A stretch of DNA of 64,000 bases, from assembly GCA_964247055.1 (NCBI GenBank), contig OZ176059.1, positions 2,232,001 through 2,296,000 of the forward strand, read 5' to 3'. Below are positions 1-14,581 of this stretch, one piece after another. Numbering within the stretch: the stretch's first letter is position 1; each line of letters opens with the position of its first letter. The position numbers and the translations under genes were made by a program. The DNA comes from Paragordius varius. Its lineage: Eukaryota; Animalia; Nematomorpha. The notes under the pieces were generated by a model. That model ran no database searches and was not told the DNA's origin. It worked only from the letters and a program-made list of their open reading frames with translations.

Positions 1-3000
1 TAACAGGGTATTTAATTCACATGTATGTTGCCTTATGAGATGTTTCATTATATTAATTTCATATTTAACATTGTATTTTTTCCAAAGTTTTTAAAAATGT
101 AGCTAATAAAAACGAAAATCATACATGACTAATGACATATATATTGAATACTCTTAGCAATTTAAACTATAGATATCGCCTACAATAGTTCTCTTTACTG
201 TATATCGTTTTCGATTTCGAATTCCGGTATAAATATCATTTTAATGTTTTACATTGAAAAATCTCATCTCATGCCCTAAAAACAACTATTGTTATCCTAT
301 ATTGCTCAAATGCATTAAAACATACCTTTATATATATAGGGGTATATGTTTATAAAATATTTTGTTGCATGTTTAGTATATATATAGAAATAAATTAAGA
401 TAATAATATTTATGAAAAGCTTTTGACAAATTTATTTCCATTGTTTTATCGAAAACAGGAACCCATTTAAGTATTTCTTCCCTTTTTAAACCCTAATATA
501 ACCATAATACCAGCTAACGCACCTTTGATATCCCTTTAACTTTTTATAGCCATTTTGAAGGGTTAAATCATTTTTATAAATAATTAAAGAGCATTGTAAA
601 TGAGCCATTTTTGTATCATATATATATATATATATATTATATATAGATATTTTAAAGCACAAATCAATAATAATTTAATTCAAATTTTAGGGTTTGGAAT
701 TAGAATTAGGGCCAAAAACCCGCATAAAATTTTTGAAATTTTGGTGGTCATTTTACCAGGATCGGATATTTTTCGTTTGCAAAATTAAATGACTACACCC
801 GTTTCAATTTTAATGTAACATCATACAAAAAAATACTTACATGATTAATCAACTGCTTGTCGTTTAATTCATATTTAAATGGCTTAAAATTTTATTATAT
901 ATTATTATTAAAATATTGAAAATGTTATGTATGCAGTTTTTACTAAAGAACACATTATAAACAAACACCTTAACAAAATTCAAAGTTTAGTCGTATTAAA
1001 AAGTCCTTCAATTTTGAGTGTGTGTAGCCTAAAATCCATTTTTAAAAAAGAAGGTTGTAGAATTGAAGGTTATCGTTATGCAAAACTCTACAAAAAGGAC
1101 CACAAAATATAGAAATAAAATTATAACCAATATATATATATATATATATATATTGCCTAGAATTGGTATAATTATATATCGTTTTAATAATCGATATTTG
1201 TGGTTAATTCATTTTTAATTGCAACTATACAAAGATATGCTGTAATCTTTTTACAAAAATCATTATATTATAATAACACAAGTATTTAATTATACAAAAA
1301 ATAAACAGTTTATCTAAGTTAATTAAAAAAACAATTTAAAAAAAATATTATTAAATTAAATTGTGAATCGGCCAATATGAAGGTCCATTTCAATAATTAA
1401 AACGCTATAATATAATATTTTAATAATTATTTGATACTTTAATTTATTGTGATGTTAGATATTTTCACAGGTTATAACCATCGCATTATACTCCAATTTA
1501 CGTTATATACCTAAAAAATTGAAATAGGATTGAATTACAATCTTACATATTTTGTAAGCGAAAAACACAAAAAACCTACGTACGACAGCAAAGGTATGTA
1601 TTTACAGTTATGTTTTTCGATACGGTAAATACGAAAAATATTTGCTATCAATTACTGTAATTAATTGCAAAATTGCTATAAAACTTGCTAGATTCCATAT
1701 TTTTTAAGCTCAACATAAATTGGTAAAACACTTAAAAAATTGAAATATATATGGTTGTTTGTTGTGATTATAAAGCCAGGGAATAATGGCCGCAATGTTA
1801 GGGTTTACAAGATGTGATTATTACAAATTATACGATACTTAACAACGTTAACCTTATGTTTGTAAAATCGATTTCTAATTTTTTTGAAATATATATATAA
1901 TTACATTTGGATAGAGTATATTAACACCTAAATTGGACTTACATTTTATTTGGTAAATAATAACCTTTAAATCTGATAATACTATCTGGACAAATGGAAC
2001 GGAATTGTTTTTGAATTGTAACCTAAACAAACAAAACAGTTTCAATTCCATTTCAAAATTTACGAGAGTATAATAATGTAACAATTATAAATCTTGAAAT
2101 TTTTTATTATATTGAAATGTATTTTAAATATTTTTGCCTTATAATAAGTTATTTCATATAAAATCAATAACCAATATACCAGCGTTTTAAATTATGTAAT
2201 AATCTTATCCGAATATATTCGAAATAAAAATTTTATAATTATCAGGCTTAAGGTTCATTTACTTCAGACCATGTCAAACACTGAATCTAAATCTGGGGGG
2301 AGGGGGGGTTATTAAAAATATCCTGATATAGATACATTCTGTTAGGAAATTGTATTAATGGGCTTTGTTCGGCCCTTACTGAAAGTTTTATACACTTTAA
2401 TGTTAAGTGCTTCATATCAGAAAATGGAAAAATGTGGGCAATATTTTTAGATAAATTTTTATAATATCGCTAAAATAATGTATAACCCACACATAAAAAG
2501 CAAAACATCGTTTTTATTTAATTTTGATTTTTAAATGTAGGTTGAGTCCCAAATTTCTACCCTTCTTAATGATCTAGTTCTCTTAAAATAAACGTAAAAA
2601 TGCCGAGAGCACAATAAAAATAACTTATATTAAATTTTGACATGGTTTTTCCGAAAAAAGGATATTTTGATCAAAAATTCTAAATATAACATTTTGTTGA
2701 AGTCTACTTCATACATTATATGATAAAAACAGTAAAATAAAGCTTTATAATATACAAACGCTTTTTCTTTATAATTCGAGGATAATGAAAAATTCTAGCA
2801 CATCAGAATTTAGTTTGAAGGTTCGTTTATTTCGGCAAATTCATGTATAATTAATTTTATTTAATATAAAACGAATGAATATTTTATTCACAATCTGAGG
2901 TTATAGAAATGTTAATTATCGAATTATATAAAAAAAGGTTTTTATAATACCTTAAAACTTTTATACCGTTTACATCATGCTTCAAAATGCTAAGGCCTTA

Positions 3001-6000
3001 AGCTAAAATTATTTAACAAAGTATAAATTTTTAAAAATTTTTTAATCAGCGTTTAAAATTGTATCGCGAAAACTTAGCATTTTTGTGTTTAACTTAAAAG
3101 AACTTGCCCATTTTAGAAGTGCGAAAAAATTTGGACTTCTGAAGTCCACATCTAAAAATTAAATTTTATGGAAAATTTTTTATATTTCTTGTCTGCATCT
3201 TCATTGTTTTTTTAGAGACTGGATTCGAATTCAATTCAATATTATATCCATTCTAATGCATGTAAATTTCCCCCGTGGCATATATGAATATTGTATCCTT
3301 TTTTGTTTTTTTTTTCGAAAATTTACAATTTAAACAATTATAATCATTGTTTAGGACAATGCTTCCCGTTATTTTCTATTTCTTTTGATCAAGAGAATGG
3401 GCATATTATTTTCATTATAATGTGGAAAATATTATTTGGACAAATGAACAGATCAGCATATATGAAACTAAAGCTTTATGATTAACGGTACAAATGTAAC
3501 GTAGGTGATTTCTTTATAAGTCAGTCAATACCTATAGAGTATTATGCATTTTTACATTTATTTAGCTTTGAACAAATATGATTTTTTTACATAAACATAT
3601 AAAATTATTTAAGAACCGCCAAACTTCAAAATTCATGATGTTAATTGTCTTCTATATTCAAACCTTTTTATACAAAATTACTACCAGAGATCTTTTCTAA
3701 TTTAGTACATATTCTAAATTTTTAATCCGTTCCTCAAAAAAGTATTAAATTAATGAAAAACGGCTATAAATACTTTATAAAAAGTGGAGATATTTGATAT
3801 TTTTTATATTAAAATTTTGGCTAAAAAAGTAGCCTGCAAGATAAGATGTTTCTTCATAAAGTTTTGAACTAAATCGAAAAGGTAAAGATTGAATGAAAGA
3901 GTGTTGATAATAAAGGTATTTACTAAAAATAGACTATGTGATAAAGGATAAAATCGTTCATGCATACTTCATTTGGAGTAATATTCTGTTAATTTTTTAT
4001 TTCAATAGTATTTACGTAAAATAAAGTTATTCTAATTATTTTACCAGTAGCCAAAATCGAAAGATCACATTTATGTCGCACATTTGACCCAATAAAGGTA
4101 ATGTATTTGATTAAGTCCATCTAGTAGAATTTAAATGGCTTTATCAACACGTGTAACATCACATTTTAAATACTTTACTCAATATTTTTGTGTTCGGTCA
4201 TTCATTTGTATGAATTTTATTGCATCGTTTTGGTATTATCTAATTTTTTTCAGTATTGATTCTTTTTAACACAAATATGTCATTGGGTTGCGAAATTTAA
4301 TATTCGATATCGCTTCCATAATTAATTTAACGTTCGAAAGATTTACTATATGTATGTGTTTTTATGGCAACTTTTAGATTTACATTTTTCAAGTGATTCC
4401 AAATTTGTATTGTTTGCTTTTAACCTGTGAACGTGAAACTATTACACGGTTTTCGTTTAATTTTATAATATTAAAGATTATAAAGGCTTGCAATAGCCCC
4501 TTTTTCAATAAATTAGCCAACTAACTGGTAACTAGAAGGCATTAAAGGGTTAAAATATTTAATGACAAATATGGTTCGATTTGAACTATAAAACAGTCTA
4601 ATATAATTAATAATCTAACATAACTAAACATTTCTTATTTTTTGAATGGCCCTAAAAAACATACCAAAATTAGATTGCAAATATGGCAAACCGAAATTGC
4701 AATTACGCAGTTAATTTAATATTTTTCTAAATTATAATATATTTATATTAACTCGTTTATCGCGTTTAATTACCAATTATATATATATAAGTAGTTTACT
4801 ACGATTCGCTTAATATATAAGAAACTATAATAAACTTAATCGTCTACTATAATTTTTATTCAACACAATGTATACAAAAAATAGAATTTTAGTTAGGTGT
4901 ATAACAAAAACATCAATTAAGATTTTTATTGTAATTTAATATAATGTTAATTTAATTATTGGCTATATTAAAGCTGCCAATGGTCTTATGATAAGTACTT
5001 TTACATTGTGCACACGTCGTATAGAAAACTACATACATGGTTAATATTAATTATGTCGGGTGTTTTTAAATACGACGATTGGAAAAACGAAAAAACTATA
5101 TATAATTTATCTATTTAGCATATAAAAATTAATCATTCCCTATTATAATCTTTACAGTAGCTAACTTATTTTTTTCGAAATATTACATATTAATTATTCT
5201 ATAAAAATAAATAAAAAATTAATTTCCTGAATCCCTAATTTACAAAATCCAAGTAATGAAAGAAACGGGCCTTAATAAAATATTATTGAAAATTATTGCA
5301 CGTAATTTAATAAATCTGTATATCACTTATTGTCATACCTAAATTTTGGAAAACATACAAAATCTAACCCATATATGTACCTAATTATTTCATCTTATAA
5401 AAATATAAAAATAATGAGGTTTAATGGAGTATTTGCAATAAAAGGATTTTACAAAAAGAAAAAGAAAAATAATTCCAAAAAATGTGTAAATTATTTTTGG
5501 AATGTAGCAATACAGCACAATTAATTTTAATTGGATAAAATAAAAAATGCCTAAATCAATATATATACCTCTCATCTCATTGTATTGTTATCATATTGTG
5601 ATATTTATAATATTTGATAAAATTAAAAAAGAATATATAATTTTATTTTATTTTTTATTTTATTATATGATATTTTTGATGCATTGATATAATTGATAAT
5701 TACTTTCTCATCCATCATACTTATTGTTTGAGCCAGTTTTAGTTTTAATTACAGCTTAGGTAGTACCAAAAATTTTGATAAACCCAAAAATATCATATTT
5801 AGTTATAAGAATAAAATAATGTGAAATTTTTAAACACCTCAAAACATCTACTATTAGGATCCACAATTCTTTTCATATCTTATATAATTTAATTTTCGTT
5901 TTTATCATCCAAAGTTTCTAACCTTATGCGTATAATATCTATTTTTATATATACATCATCCCTTTTAAGCCATCATAATATTAGACCACAGAAGCAATTT

Positions 6001-6158
6001 TTACCCACTTATATAATAAGATAATTTATCTTTTTAACAAATATTTGGAGATAAATTTAACTTTTCAATAACACTATCTATTAAAACTCTACAACATCAT
6101 ATCTTTAAAAAAAGTTTTTTACGCAAATAAAGAAAGGAAAAGAAAATAAATATATATC

Positions 6159-8641
6159 ATGATTCCCAAAATACGGAATGAATTAGAATTTGTGTGTTAC
6201 CTCATTCTCACACCCATTGCATCTAGTATTGGGATAATATCAAACATATATATTGTATCATATTCATCATACCTGGAACGGCTGTACCCAACCGGCATGG
6301 GTTTCATCCGTTTTTTGAATATAGCCGATTTAGCCGTGGCCCTATGTTCTTTCCTATGGCCGTTTACTTATAATTTAGGTAAATATAATTATGATTTCAA
6401 TGATTTTTGATCCACAATATACGGATAATAATATAAAATTTATTTAATTAAATTGTGTTAAATTTGTAATTCACAGAATAAAAATACGAATCTAATATAT
6501 TTTTTAAATTTTTCCCCCTGAAGATGATGATATAAAATTATATCGAAAGTATATTAGAAAAATATTGGCATTATTCGACGGGATTATAATTTTAACAAAT
6601 ATAACAAAATAAATTTTATATTATTTTTATGATATTATTATTGGATAAATTAGTGATATTTATAAAAAATGTTTATCATTGGCAAGTCATAATAATTCAT
6701 TCTGTTCTGATTAATATATCACATATATGAGCCTCTTACTTTTAACGGTAAAATTTCAGTTAAAACCTTATCCAAATAAGAAAGCCTCAAAATCAGCACA
6801 AGAATTAATTTTTTAGGATAATTCATCCTTAAAACTTTTATAAAGGATATTACAGATATATTTTACGCTATACTATATAATATTCTTTTTTTCTCAGGTA
6901 AACTTCATAGGTACCCGTACAGTTACAATAAGCATTGGGTAAATTATATGGCTTATTCACACCCCATTATCCGGAGTACATGGTCTAAAACTATATCATT
7001 TCTCCTCCTATTGTTTTGTTTGGAACGATATACGGTTGTTATACGGAGAAATAGATTTACCCTGTTTCGTAACATTGAATTTGTTAAGTTTATGTCACTT
7101 ATGGCACTTTCATGTGGTTTAATCCTATCGATTCCACGTGTAACTTGGTACCGAGTTATGTATTTTACCATATACCCGTCCGATCAAACAACAAATGAGA
7201 ATTATGTCTTGTATCATAATGGCCAACTTACGAGCATCGAAAATAGTTGGGCCATGATAAAACATTTACCCTTATCACTATCTTCTGGAAATTTAAGTTA
7301 TGGTATTTTAACGCCCCTCAAAAATGTAAGCAAGTCAAAATTGAAGGAAAATCATCATTCACAAAATAAATTTGATGTACCAGATTCGGTCGAAATGTAT
7401 TTGGATGAAACATCCACGCTTAAAAAACGGGCTATCTCCCTTTCATCATTATCATTAAGTAATTACCATAAAAATCATAAAAAATTACGGAGCTTACGAA
7501 GGCGATTGGCTTTTTATCATAATCAGACAATAACGTCTCCAATCGGTAATCATATATATAATATTTAATTTTAGTATTAATTTAATGTTTTATGTTAAAG
7601 GAGAATTAAAAATATATATTTTTTTCTATCGAACATACAGTCAAAACGAAGCAACCAATCATGAAATCTACCGGGATTCGATATTACTTTCGGCGTTCTA
7701 ATCAATACAATCATTTCAAGAAGAAATCGTATATTGTAACAAACCTTATATCCATATTCAGTTACTTGTTAACTACTGTCCTGACTCTAATCAATTTATG
7801 TTACCTATGGCGTCGTAATAGAGCCATCAAAAATTCCAAATACTTTTCCAAAAAACTGTTAAACAACACAGCAGCTAAAAAAAGCGGTTCAGCTAAAAGC
7901 CCAAATCGCGGACAAGCCGGTCGACCCGGTGAAAATGAAGGCGAAAACTCTTCAGCAAATTCATTCGATGTCTTGAAAACTATGGGGATCCTGGATATAA
8001 ACACTCAGCAAAGAAACATTATGGCAACTAATAGAAGCACAAATGGTTCTGCATTAAGCCGAAGTGGTAGGATGAAACTTAAGTTACGGCGTACGTTGAC
8101 TTGTGTAAGGCTTAGACGTAGATTTTATCGCTGGTGGGATAAATCACGAGCCGTCTTTATCCGGACCGTGTTTTGTTTGGGTTCGGCGGCCAGTGGGCCC
8201 GAAATAACGGGTTGGGCCGGTCATCAACCACCAACCCAATCCTCCGTTAACAAACGCCAAACAGCTGATGCTGATATGGAAGATGATGAGGAAAATACTA
8301 ACGGTTCATATAAAAGCCGGTCCCAAAGCTCGTATGCCCTAATCACAGCACCCGAGAATGAGGTAACGTTAACGCGTCTCCAGGTCCGAACTACGATATT
8401 CAAGATTTTATGCATTGTCCCGGGTATAATAATGACAATCATATTCCCATTCTTTAATAGTAACCGAAAAACTGTTAGCCCAGACCAAACACGGCAATAT
8501 TTTGTGGCATTACCTATTACCAATTTTTTGGAGTATCTTAATGTAGCTATTACACCCTGGATAATAGTATTAACGCTACCGGAGATGAGAAGCAAATTAA
8601 AGAAATTGATAAAGTGTGGTCGAGGATATGATAATTTTTGA
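6159..8641 (+). CDS. Class A (rhodopsin-like) 7TM GPCR, peptide/FMRFamide-receptor-like; 3 exons 6159-6378, 6898-7545, 7641-8641 (~622 aa)
   Basis: Seven hydrophobic segments: TM1 LTPIASSIGIISNIYI, TM2 LNIADLAVAL, TM3 ending FCLERY, TM4 LSCGLILSIP, TM5 IVTNLISIFSYLL, TM6 FKILCIVPGII, TM7 LEYLNVAITPWII, then a helix-8-like PEMRSKLKKLIKC. Both introns are GT..AG and phase 1, and join the three ORFs in frame. Confidence 0.85.
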
Positions 8642-9439
8642 CAAGCCATCTTTATGTTTTACATTCCATTCTATTATGGGTTATGTTTGAAATGATAGAT
8701 TGTGATTAAACAACTGTTATTTAATTATATAAATTTTTAGTGTAAATATGTAATGTGTTAAACAGATATGTCTATATTGTTTTATAAATTTTACTCACAA
8801 TCGAGCGAGCGGCATGTGTTGAATAAATACTATTTTTATGCTCCTTTACAAACAGGTGAACAATTAAAAAGATGTCATCTGAAAATAAATTATGCAAAAA
8901 CACTTTAATATTTGCCAAAAACTTATTGTGGGATATCCCACCAAGTAATTATCAAAGAATTTCAGCTTGTAGTTATAAAAACTGCGGCGCAACGATTTTG
9001 TAAAAACAGTAAATAATCAAATGGTGTATATTTTAAATTTTTTTAATTAAAGTGCATATCTTTGAGTCCCGCCAAAACTTTAATTAAATTAGATATCCTC
9101 CTTCCAATCAAGTGTTGTGGTTATATCACTTTGAGAGTGCGTAAACATATACTGATCCATATTTTATTGATTTTACCCATTTACTTACAATTTGTTTGTG
9201 ATTTGTGATGGATTGCTTGGATATCCGTATAATTACAATTAAAGTCAAGTATGCATCACTAAATGTCATCACAATCCTCAGATTAACACTTAATATTTGA
9301 CTTGTGGTCGGAAGGCGGGTAAAATCAACTTATATTGGTAAACAGCGAATAATATTTTCAACACAACCAAATTGGCAGAATGGTTAAACAAGACCGAAAG
9401 GAACCAAGCCAACGATCCCAAAAAATATTTCGTTCGGTA

Positions 9440-12150
9440 TAGAACTCAAAAATCCCACACACATATTGATATTTCCTGCTAATAACGAACAGATCCAATA
9501 ATGCGCAACGGTTCTATTTACAACGTGGTTTAGGATTTTATGTCATTAGTTTCATGGTGTTTAGTTCGTATTATACCGATTTTCGGCGCGCCAAATCTTA
9601 TCTTATGTCCGATAATATTAAAATTTCATCTTTGAAGCAATTTTTGGAAAAAGGTAAAGAGTGGGCTTTTAAGCCTATATTTTAAGTAAATTAACTCCTA
9701 TATTCATTTATAGTTGAGAGTTCGAACCCGAAACTACCCAATTTTTCCATCATCACTGTCGTCCTGGGCAGGCGAGTGTTAAAGCCTTCACGCGTACATT
9801 TGAGTCCTCATCCTTTAATAAAAAAGGAAAAAAGAGATTCAAAACTCTAAATTTTTCTATTCATTTATAATCAAACATGTGTCATTTGGGTTTGATTAAA
9901 TGAATAAAAACCGGATTGAGAGAATGGTCAGCATATTCTGTTATTAATTGTGTTCGCCTATCATTTTTATAATCAAATTATCATTAATATATCAATCCAA
10001 TAACTTCATTTGGCCATATATTTCCTTACGTAGAGATTTTTAGTAATTTTTGGGTACCAAATTCAATTAAAACAAACAGCTGTTAAATAATCAATATTTA
10101 ACAAATATATGCATCCAAATTATTATTGTTTGCACATAATATTATGTCACATGTTTTATCGATAACCATACAGATCCGGATATCATTGTCGGCAAAAAGT
10201 TTAAGGATTTTAAACAATCATATATTATCATAAATATTCCAGTTTAATAGTTCATAGAATGCATATTTTATTTGGGACGCTGTGGTAAAATCCTTTCTGT
10301 GTTAAGTCAGAGCAATAAAAGGTATACCAATTTGTTTATGAATGCCATAATTTTTATTTTTTTATTAAATATATTCATATTTGTATTGACTACATCAATA
10401 AATTTTATGATTGAGAATGAACGAAAAAAAAACAAATTTATTTGACCCATATACCGAAACTAAACTTTTGATATTTTAACTTTAAAATTTTATAAATTAA
10501 TAAAAACTGTGAAACAAACGATTGTGCTATGTTGATAAATAATTTAAACTAGTTTAAATTCATAATATTTGAACTGACAACATCACCCCGGGAAGTATAT
10601 TAATTGCAATATGGATAATCAGTTTCATGCAAAAATATTGTATTAATCTTTTATATAGGATACAAATAATATTAATTAGTCAACCTAGGCTTTGCTGTTA
10701 ATCAAAGCACATCGAACTGCACCATTAAAATCAATAACTTCGGTTTCATTTCCTATTTATATTTTAAGTAGTTTTTCACAGATAGCGTAAAAAAATAATG
10801 ATATGGAGACTGTGGAAAAAGGTCGGAAACAATTTATATTCTATATTATTCGCCAAAATTTTAATTGAAAGATTACTTACTGCACTATGTTAACGAAAAA
10901 TTTATATATGTTAGGTTTCATTGTATTTGTTTCAATAATAGGAAAAATTAAAAAATTATTTTATATAATATTATTTGATTGCATAAGCATTGAGTTATTG
11001 TAAATACTGTATATAATGTTATGTATTAAAATTTGGAAAAATAAGATCTCCATATATTTACGATAATCAACCTGTTTTTAAATTTTCGAAGTTCCTCCGT
11101 ATTTCTAGTTAAAATCAATTTTTTTAATTTTTTATTTTTTTAGAAAACACAATACATCATCGATAGTTAGATTGATTTAAAACTAAAAGTTATTTCATCT
11201 TTTATTTATATAATTTTAAAGTTAATCAATTAAGTGTTGCAATATATTTTTTACCTTAAAATAAATGGATATTGAATACGATATGAACGGCGATGTTTTG
11301 CCTGACATACCTAACTATTTTTTCAACTTAAAAAACAAGTTTGATCACGGAAGTATTCTAAATTTGTGGATAACTTTTGTAATTATCACTAATTATCTAG
11401 TGAAGTACCCGGTGAAGAATTATGAGATATTCCATCGCCCCTATTCAGTGATATAAGCAGTTGTTATAATAATGGAACAACAGATCTTTATGTTAATGAC
11501 TTGCATATAGATAGCGAAAATAATAATATTCATGAAACAGACTACAATTATCATAATTATACCGATGACAAATGTGATGATATCCCTTTTGATGTTTACA
11601 ATTCAGTTTCCGATTTCTTTAACAATCAAAAAGGTTATTGAATTTGCCTACGTGCCATAATTCTAAAACCATTTCAAATATCTCGAACAAAGCGTTAATA
11701 TTAGCAGACGATAAATGAGATATTCACGTGCCACGAATCGTCTGCCATCGCTTATTCCCAATATTTTGATTATGTGTATGACTTGAAACAACAATCTAAT
11801 ACCCTAAATTCTGTGCTTTATAATCAAAATTGGCTTGAAGATGTAGAAAATAAAGAAGGCATGAAAAATCGAAAAAAACATTCAATGGTATAATTAAAAT
11901 TTTTTATTTAATTTCAATATTTAAAATTTTAATTTTTTTAATTTTAAAATTTTATCTAGATTGTATTAAATTATGAATTATTTTAAGAGCCATGTAAAAC
12001 CAGGGTTACCATCCCAAAACTTTTTAAAAACCCAAGGGTGTGAGTTAAAAAAATGGAGCCGTAGTTTTCTTTAAAGGTTTTGGTTTGTATTTGTTTTAAT
12101 GTAAATTTTTGCTATAAGTTTAATCAAATAAATAAAAATTATGGAACAAT
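9440..12150 (+). repeat. Segmental duplication, copy 1 (partner ~19285-22160): upstream region, exon 1 and start of intron 1 of the bZIP gene
   Basis: Colinear shared blocks, e.g. TAGAACTCAAAAAT (9440/19286), CAAAGCACATCGAACTGCACCATTAAAA (10703/20599), the ATGGATATT..GAATACGATATGAACGGCGATGTTTTGCCTGACATACC exon start, and AAAAACCCAAGGGTGTG (12026/22056). Many substitutions and indels. Confidence 0.92.
11265..11887 (+). pseudogene. Frameshifted duplicate of bZIP exon 1 (pseudo-exon)
   Basis: Begins MDIEYDMNGDVLPDIPNY versus MDIFEYDMNGDVLPDIPNY at 21275. A 1-nt deletion near 11365 and further indels break the frame (stop at 11456). The GTATAA donor survives at 11888; no copies of downstream exons are seen. 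Confidence 0.85.
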
Positions 12151-12165
12151 TCATGGATCCACAAC

Positions 12166-14053
12166 CAGTGGCGTAGCTAGGGGGTGGAGACGGAAATCAA
12201 TGCATTGGGAGCCATATTTATTGATGCGCCATATTTAAAAAAGTTTAATTTTATTTCAAAAAAATAGGTATTTAAAAGTTATTATTTTAATAATACATAA
12301 AAAAATCACCCATTTATGGGTAGTCATGACCTTCAATTGATCGATATTTTCTTTAATATTATAAATATTTAAATCTAACTAACTGTTTCATATCCTTATT
12401 TATTACATCTCTCCACTTTATCTTCAAGCGCTACCTTTCTGAACCTCAGCCTGTTAATATCAATCATGTACCCTACCTTCAAATATTTTCTTTAAATCAC
12501 CAAGGTGTCAGATATAAGGATAGCATTATTAATGATAGTTTTCTATCAAAATTATATTCCTGCTCAATGCCACCCATTATGTTAAAATTTTTTAAATGCA
12601 AAACTGATATTATAAGAAAGAGCAAATTCTAATAAATGTTGATTATTTTTTGTTTCCCAATTCAGGGCATGGTATACCATCTACATACATTATGCCGTGC
12701 TTTTTCCTTTTTTGTTTTCCTTATAATCATTTTTTTGCTGCTCAATCGCAACCTTTTTTTCCTACTTGAAATCGAAATATTTCTTTTTTATCATTCCATT
12801 ATCTATTAGAAAGGTATCAAATATAATTATATATTTATTTTGATGCAACTATTTTCAAGTATGTTTAATCAAAAAAAACCACACAGCCTAAATTATTAAA
12901 AATATAGCCATCAGATATATTTATAAATAAAAAGTGAACTAGAGTCACGTTTAAACCGGTTAAACAATTATATTGTTTGTTTTCATGACCATTAACGTAT
13001 ATTTTGTTTCACTGTTGCCTCAAAAAGATAAGATTTTGGATCAAAATATAGTTAAACCGCTTTGGAATTAAAATTCATAAAAAAATAGAACCGGAACCGA
13101 AAGTAGTAAAAAACTGACTTTGAACCGGACCCTAAAACGGTTTCGGTGTGATTCCTGTTTTATGCTATTAAAGCTTTAATATATTTAAGTTTTATTCCAA
13201 AATAATAATTAATTTAATTAAAATATTTTTATCAGGAATTCCTAAACTTAGCGGTTTTTAAAATAAAAAACGAAAATTAAAAGCTAATTATACCCTACAG
13301 AAATTTAGAGAAAGGTTACAATCATATTAGCATAAAGCCAATCATAATAACAATTCCACTTTACTGCTATACACGACAGCCCAATATTTTCAGATAATTG
13401 TAATCCTACAACAACACCTTCAGATAAAAATAATTTAACAACACCTCTGCCCAACAACCTGGCCGCAATGTTTTACGGCAATAGTAATTCGACAATAACA
13501 CCTGTGCCTAACAACAGCGTCTCTATATTTTCCGAAATAGCCATACAATAGAAGACCTTAATAATAATATTACGTTAGGGAAATAAGATTATATATATAT
13601 ATATATATAACAGGCTATATTTATGCCTAGGGATGCAGTTTTCATGAAAATTTATATTTAACTTTGTGAAATTATTTTTGATGTTTTTAATACCTAAGAA
13701 TCGCCATTCTTCGGACCCACATTTTCTTAAAAAAATTTTTTAGTCGGGTCACGCATTCGAATGCAGTTTGAATATTACTTTTATTCAACTTTTATTAAAC
13801 TAAGCCGAACTTTCGCGCAGAAACTAATATCATATTTTTTTAATAACTGATACATTTGCTCTGCAAGCCGTCGTTTTTAAAGGAATGGGGTTGAATGTAC
13901 ATGTTATTTTACGTGATTCTGTTTATGACGGGCCAAGTCGCGCTCACGGTTTGAATTAAATTATTTTTTAAAAATGCAAGAGGTTGCATAGAGCGGAGGG
14001 GGCGCCATCACGGATTCATGGAGCCGGCGCCAGAAATGCAAGCTACGCCTCTG
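12166..14053. mobile_element. Non-autonomous hAT-like (Tip100-type termini) DNA element
   Basis: Terminal inverted repeats CAGTGGCGTAGCT (12166) and AGCTACGCCTCTG (14041-14053), 12/13 match, with GC-rich subtermini containing GGCGCC/GAGCC motifs. No matching 8-bp TSD found. Sits at the end of duplication copy 1. Confidence 0.55.
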
Positions 14054-14059
14054 GCATGG

Positions 14060-14330
14060 GTATTATTTGATTTGGTTGATTGTTTGAAAGTGATGGTTGA
14101 TTGTTTGAAATAGTCATATCAATATTATTTGATTGTGGAAAAGGATGTTTGATTGTTTGAAATGCTTAAATAATAATATTATTTGATTGTTGAAAAATTG
14201 ATGTTTGATTGTTGGAAATACTTATATTAGCATGCATAATATTATTTAATTGAAGTATTTATGTTGATTGTTGGAAATACTTAGATTTAAATGAGTAATA
14301 TTTTTTGATTGTAGTCGTAGTAGTGATTGT
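14060..14330. repeat. Degenerate ~55-60 bp minisatellite (AATATTATTTGATTGT..GATGTTTGATTGTTGGAAAT), about 4-5 units
   Basis: TGATTGTT(T/G)GAAA and AATATTATTTGATTG motifs recur at regular spacing. Confidence 0.7.
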
Positions 14331-14545
14331 TAATTGTTGTATATAAAATGGCACCGGTATTCATCAATCCAAGGCATGCACTTAATATACTAAATATATA
14401 ATTAAAACATTGTGCATGTTTAATTTTAGTTTAAAGTTATATAATATACCATCTTATGGCGACGGACCAAGCGAAACAAACAATTTATTATCTTAGTTTT
14501 GATTTAAGTTGGACAACAGAAAGAATTACAAATTGTAATTGTATG

Positions 14546-14581
<36 letters not shown>

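Noticed and set aside
688-720. TTAGGG-like hexamers (telomeric remnant?)
   Set aside because: Only two non-adjacent matches; not an array.
1-6100. Short ORFs (600-788, 927-1112, 1875-2084, 3291-3485, 5330-5575) and a strong donor-like AAGGTATGT near 1591
   Set aside because: Composition is F/I/K/N/Y-biased as expected for random AT-rich DNA, with no motifs or phase-consistent chains. Non-coding GPCR 5' exons cannot be excluded.
8872-9003. 43-aa ORF with a C-x4-C motif (SACSYKNCGATI)
   Set aside because: Too short, with no second half of a zinc finger; could be chance or TE debris.
9470-9655. Open frame (..QRGLGFYVISFMVFSSYYTDFRRAKSYL..) ending at a GT donor; the duplicate has stops at the same place
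   Set aside because: No recognisable homology, no convincing start or acceptor, and an indel between the copies upstream; cannot be supported as an exon without RNA data.
9715-9735. GTTCGAACCC B-box-like motif (tRNA or SINE?)
   Set aside because: No A box or cloverleaf could be built around it.
12380-12480. Minus-strand KWRDVINKDMKQL, reminiscent of an RTE-type LINE C-terminus
   Set aside because: Only ~13 residues, and the adjacent frames are broken; insufficient for a call.
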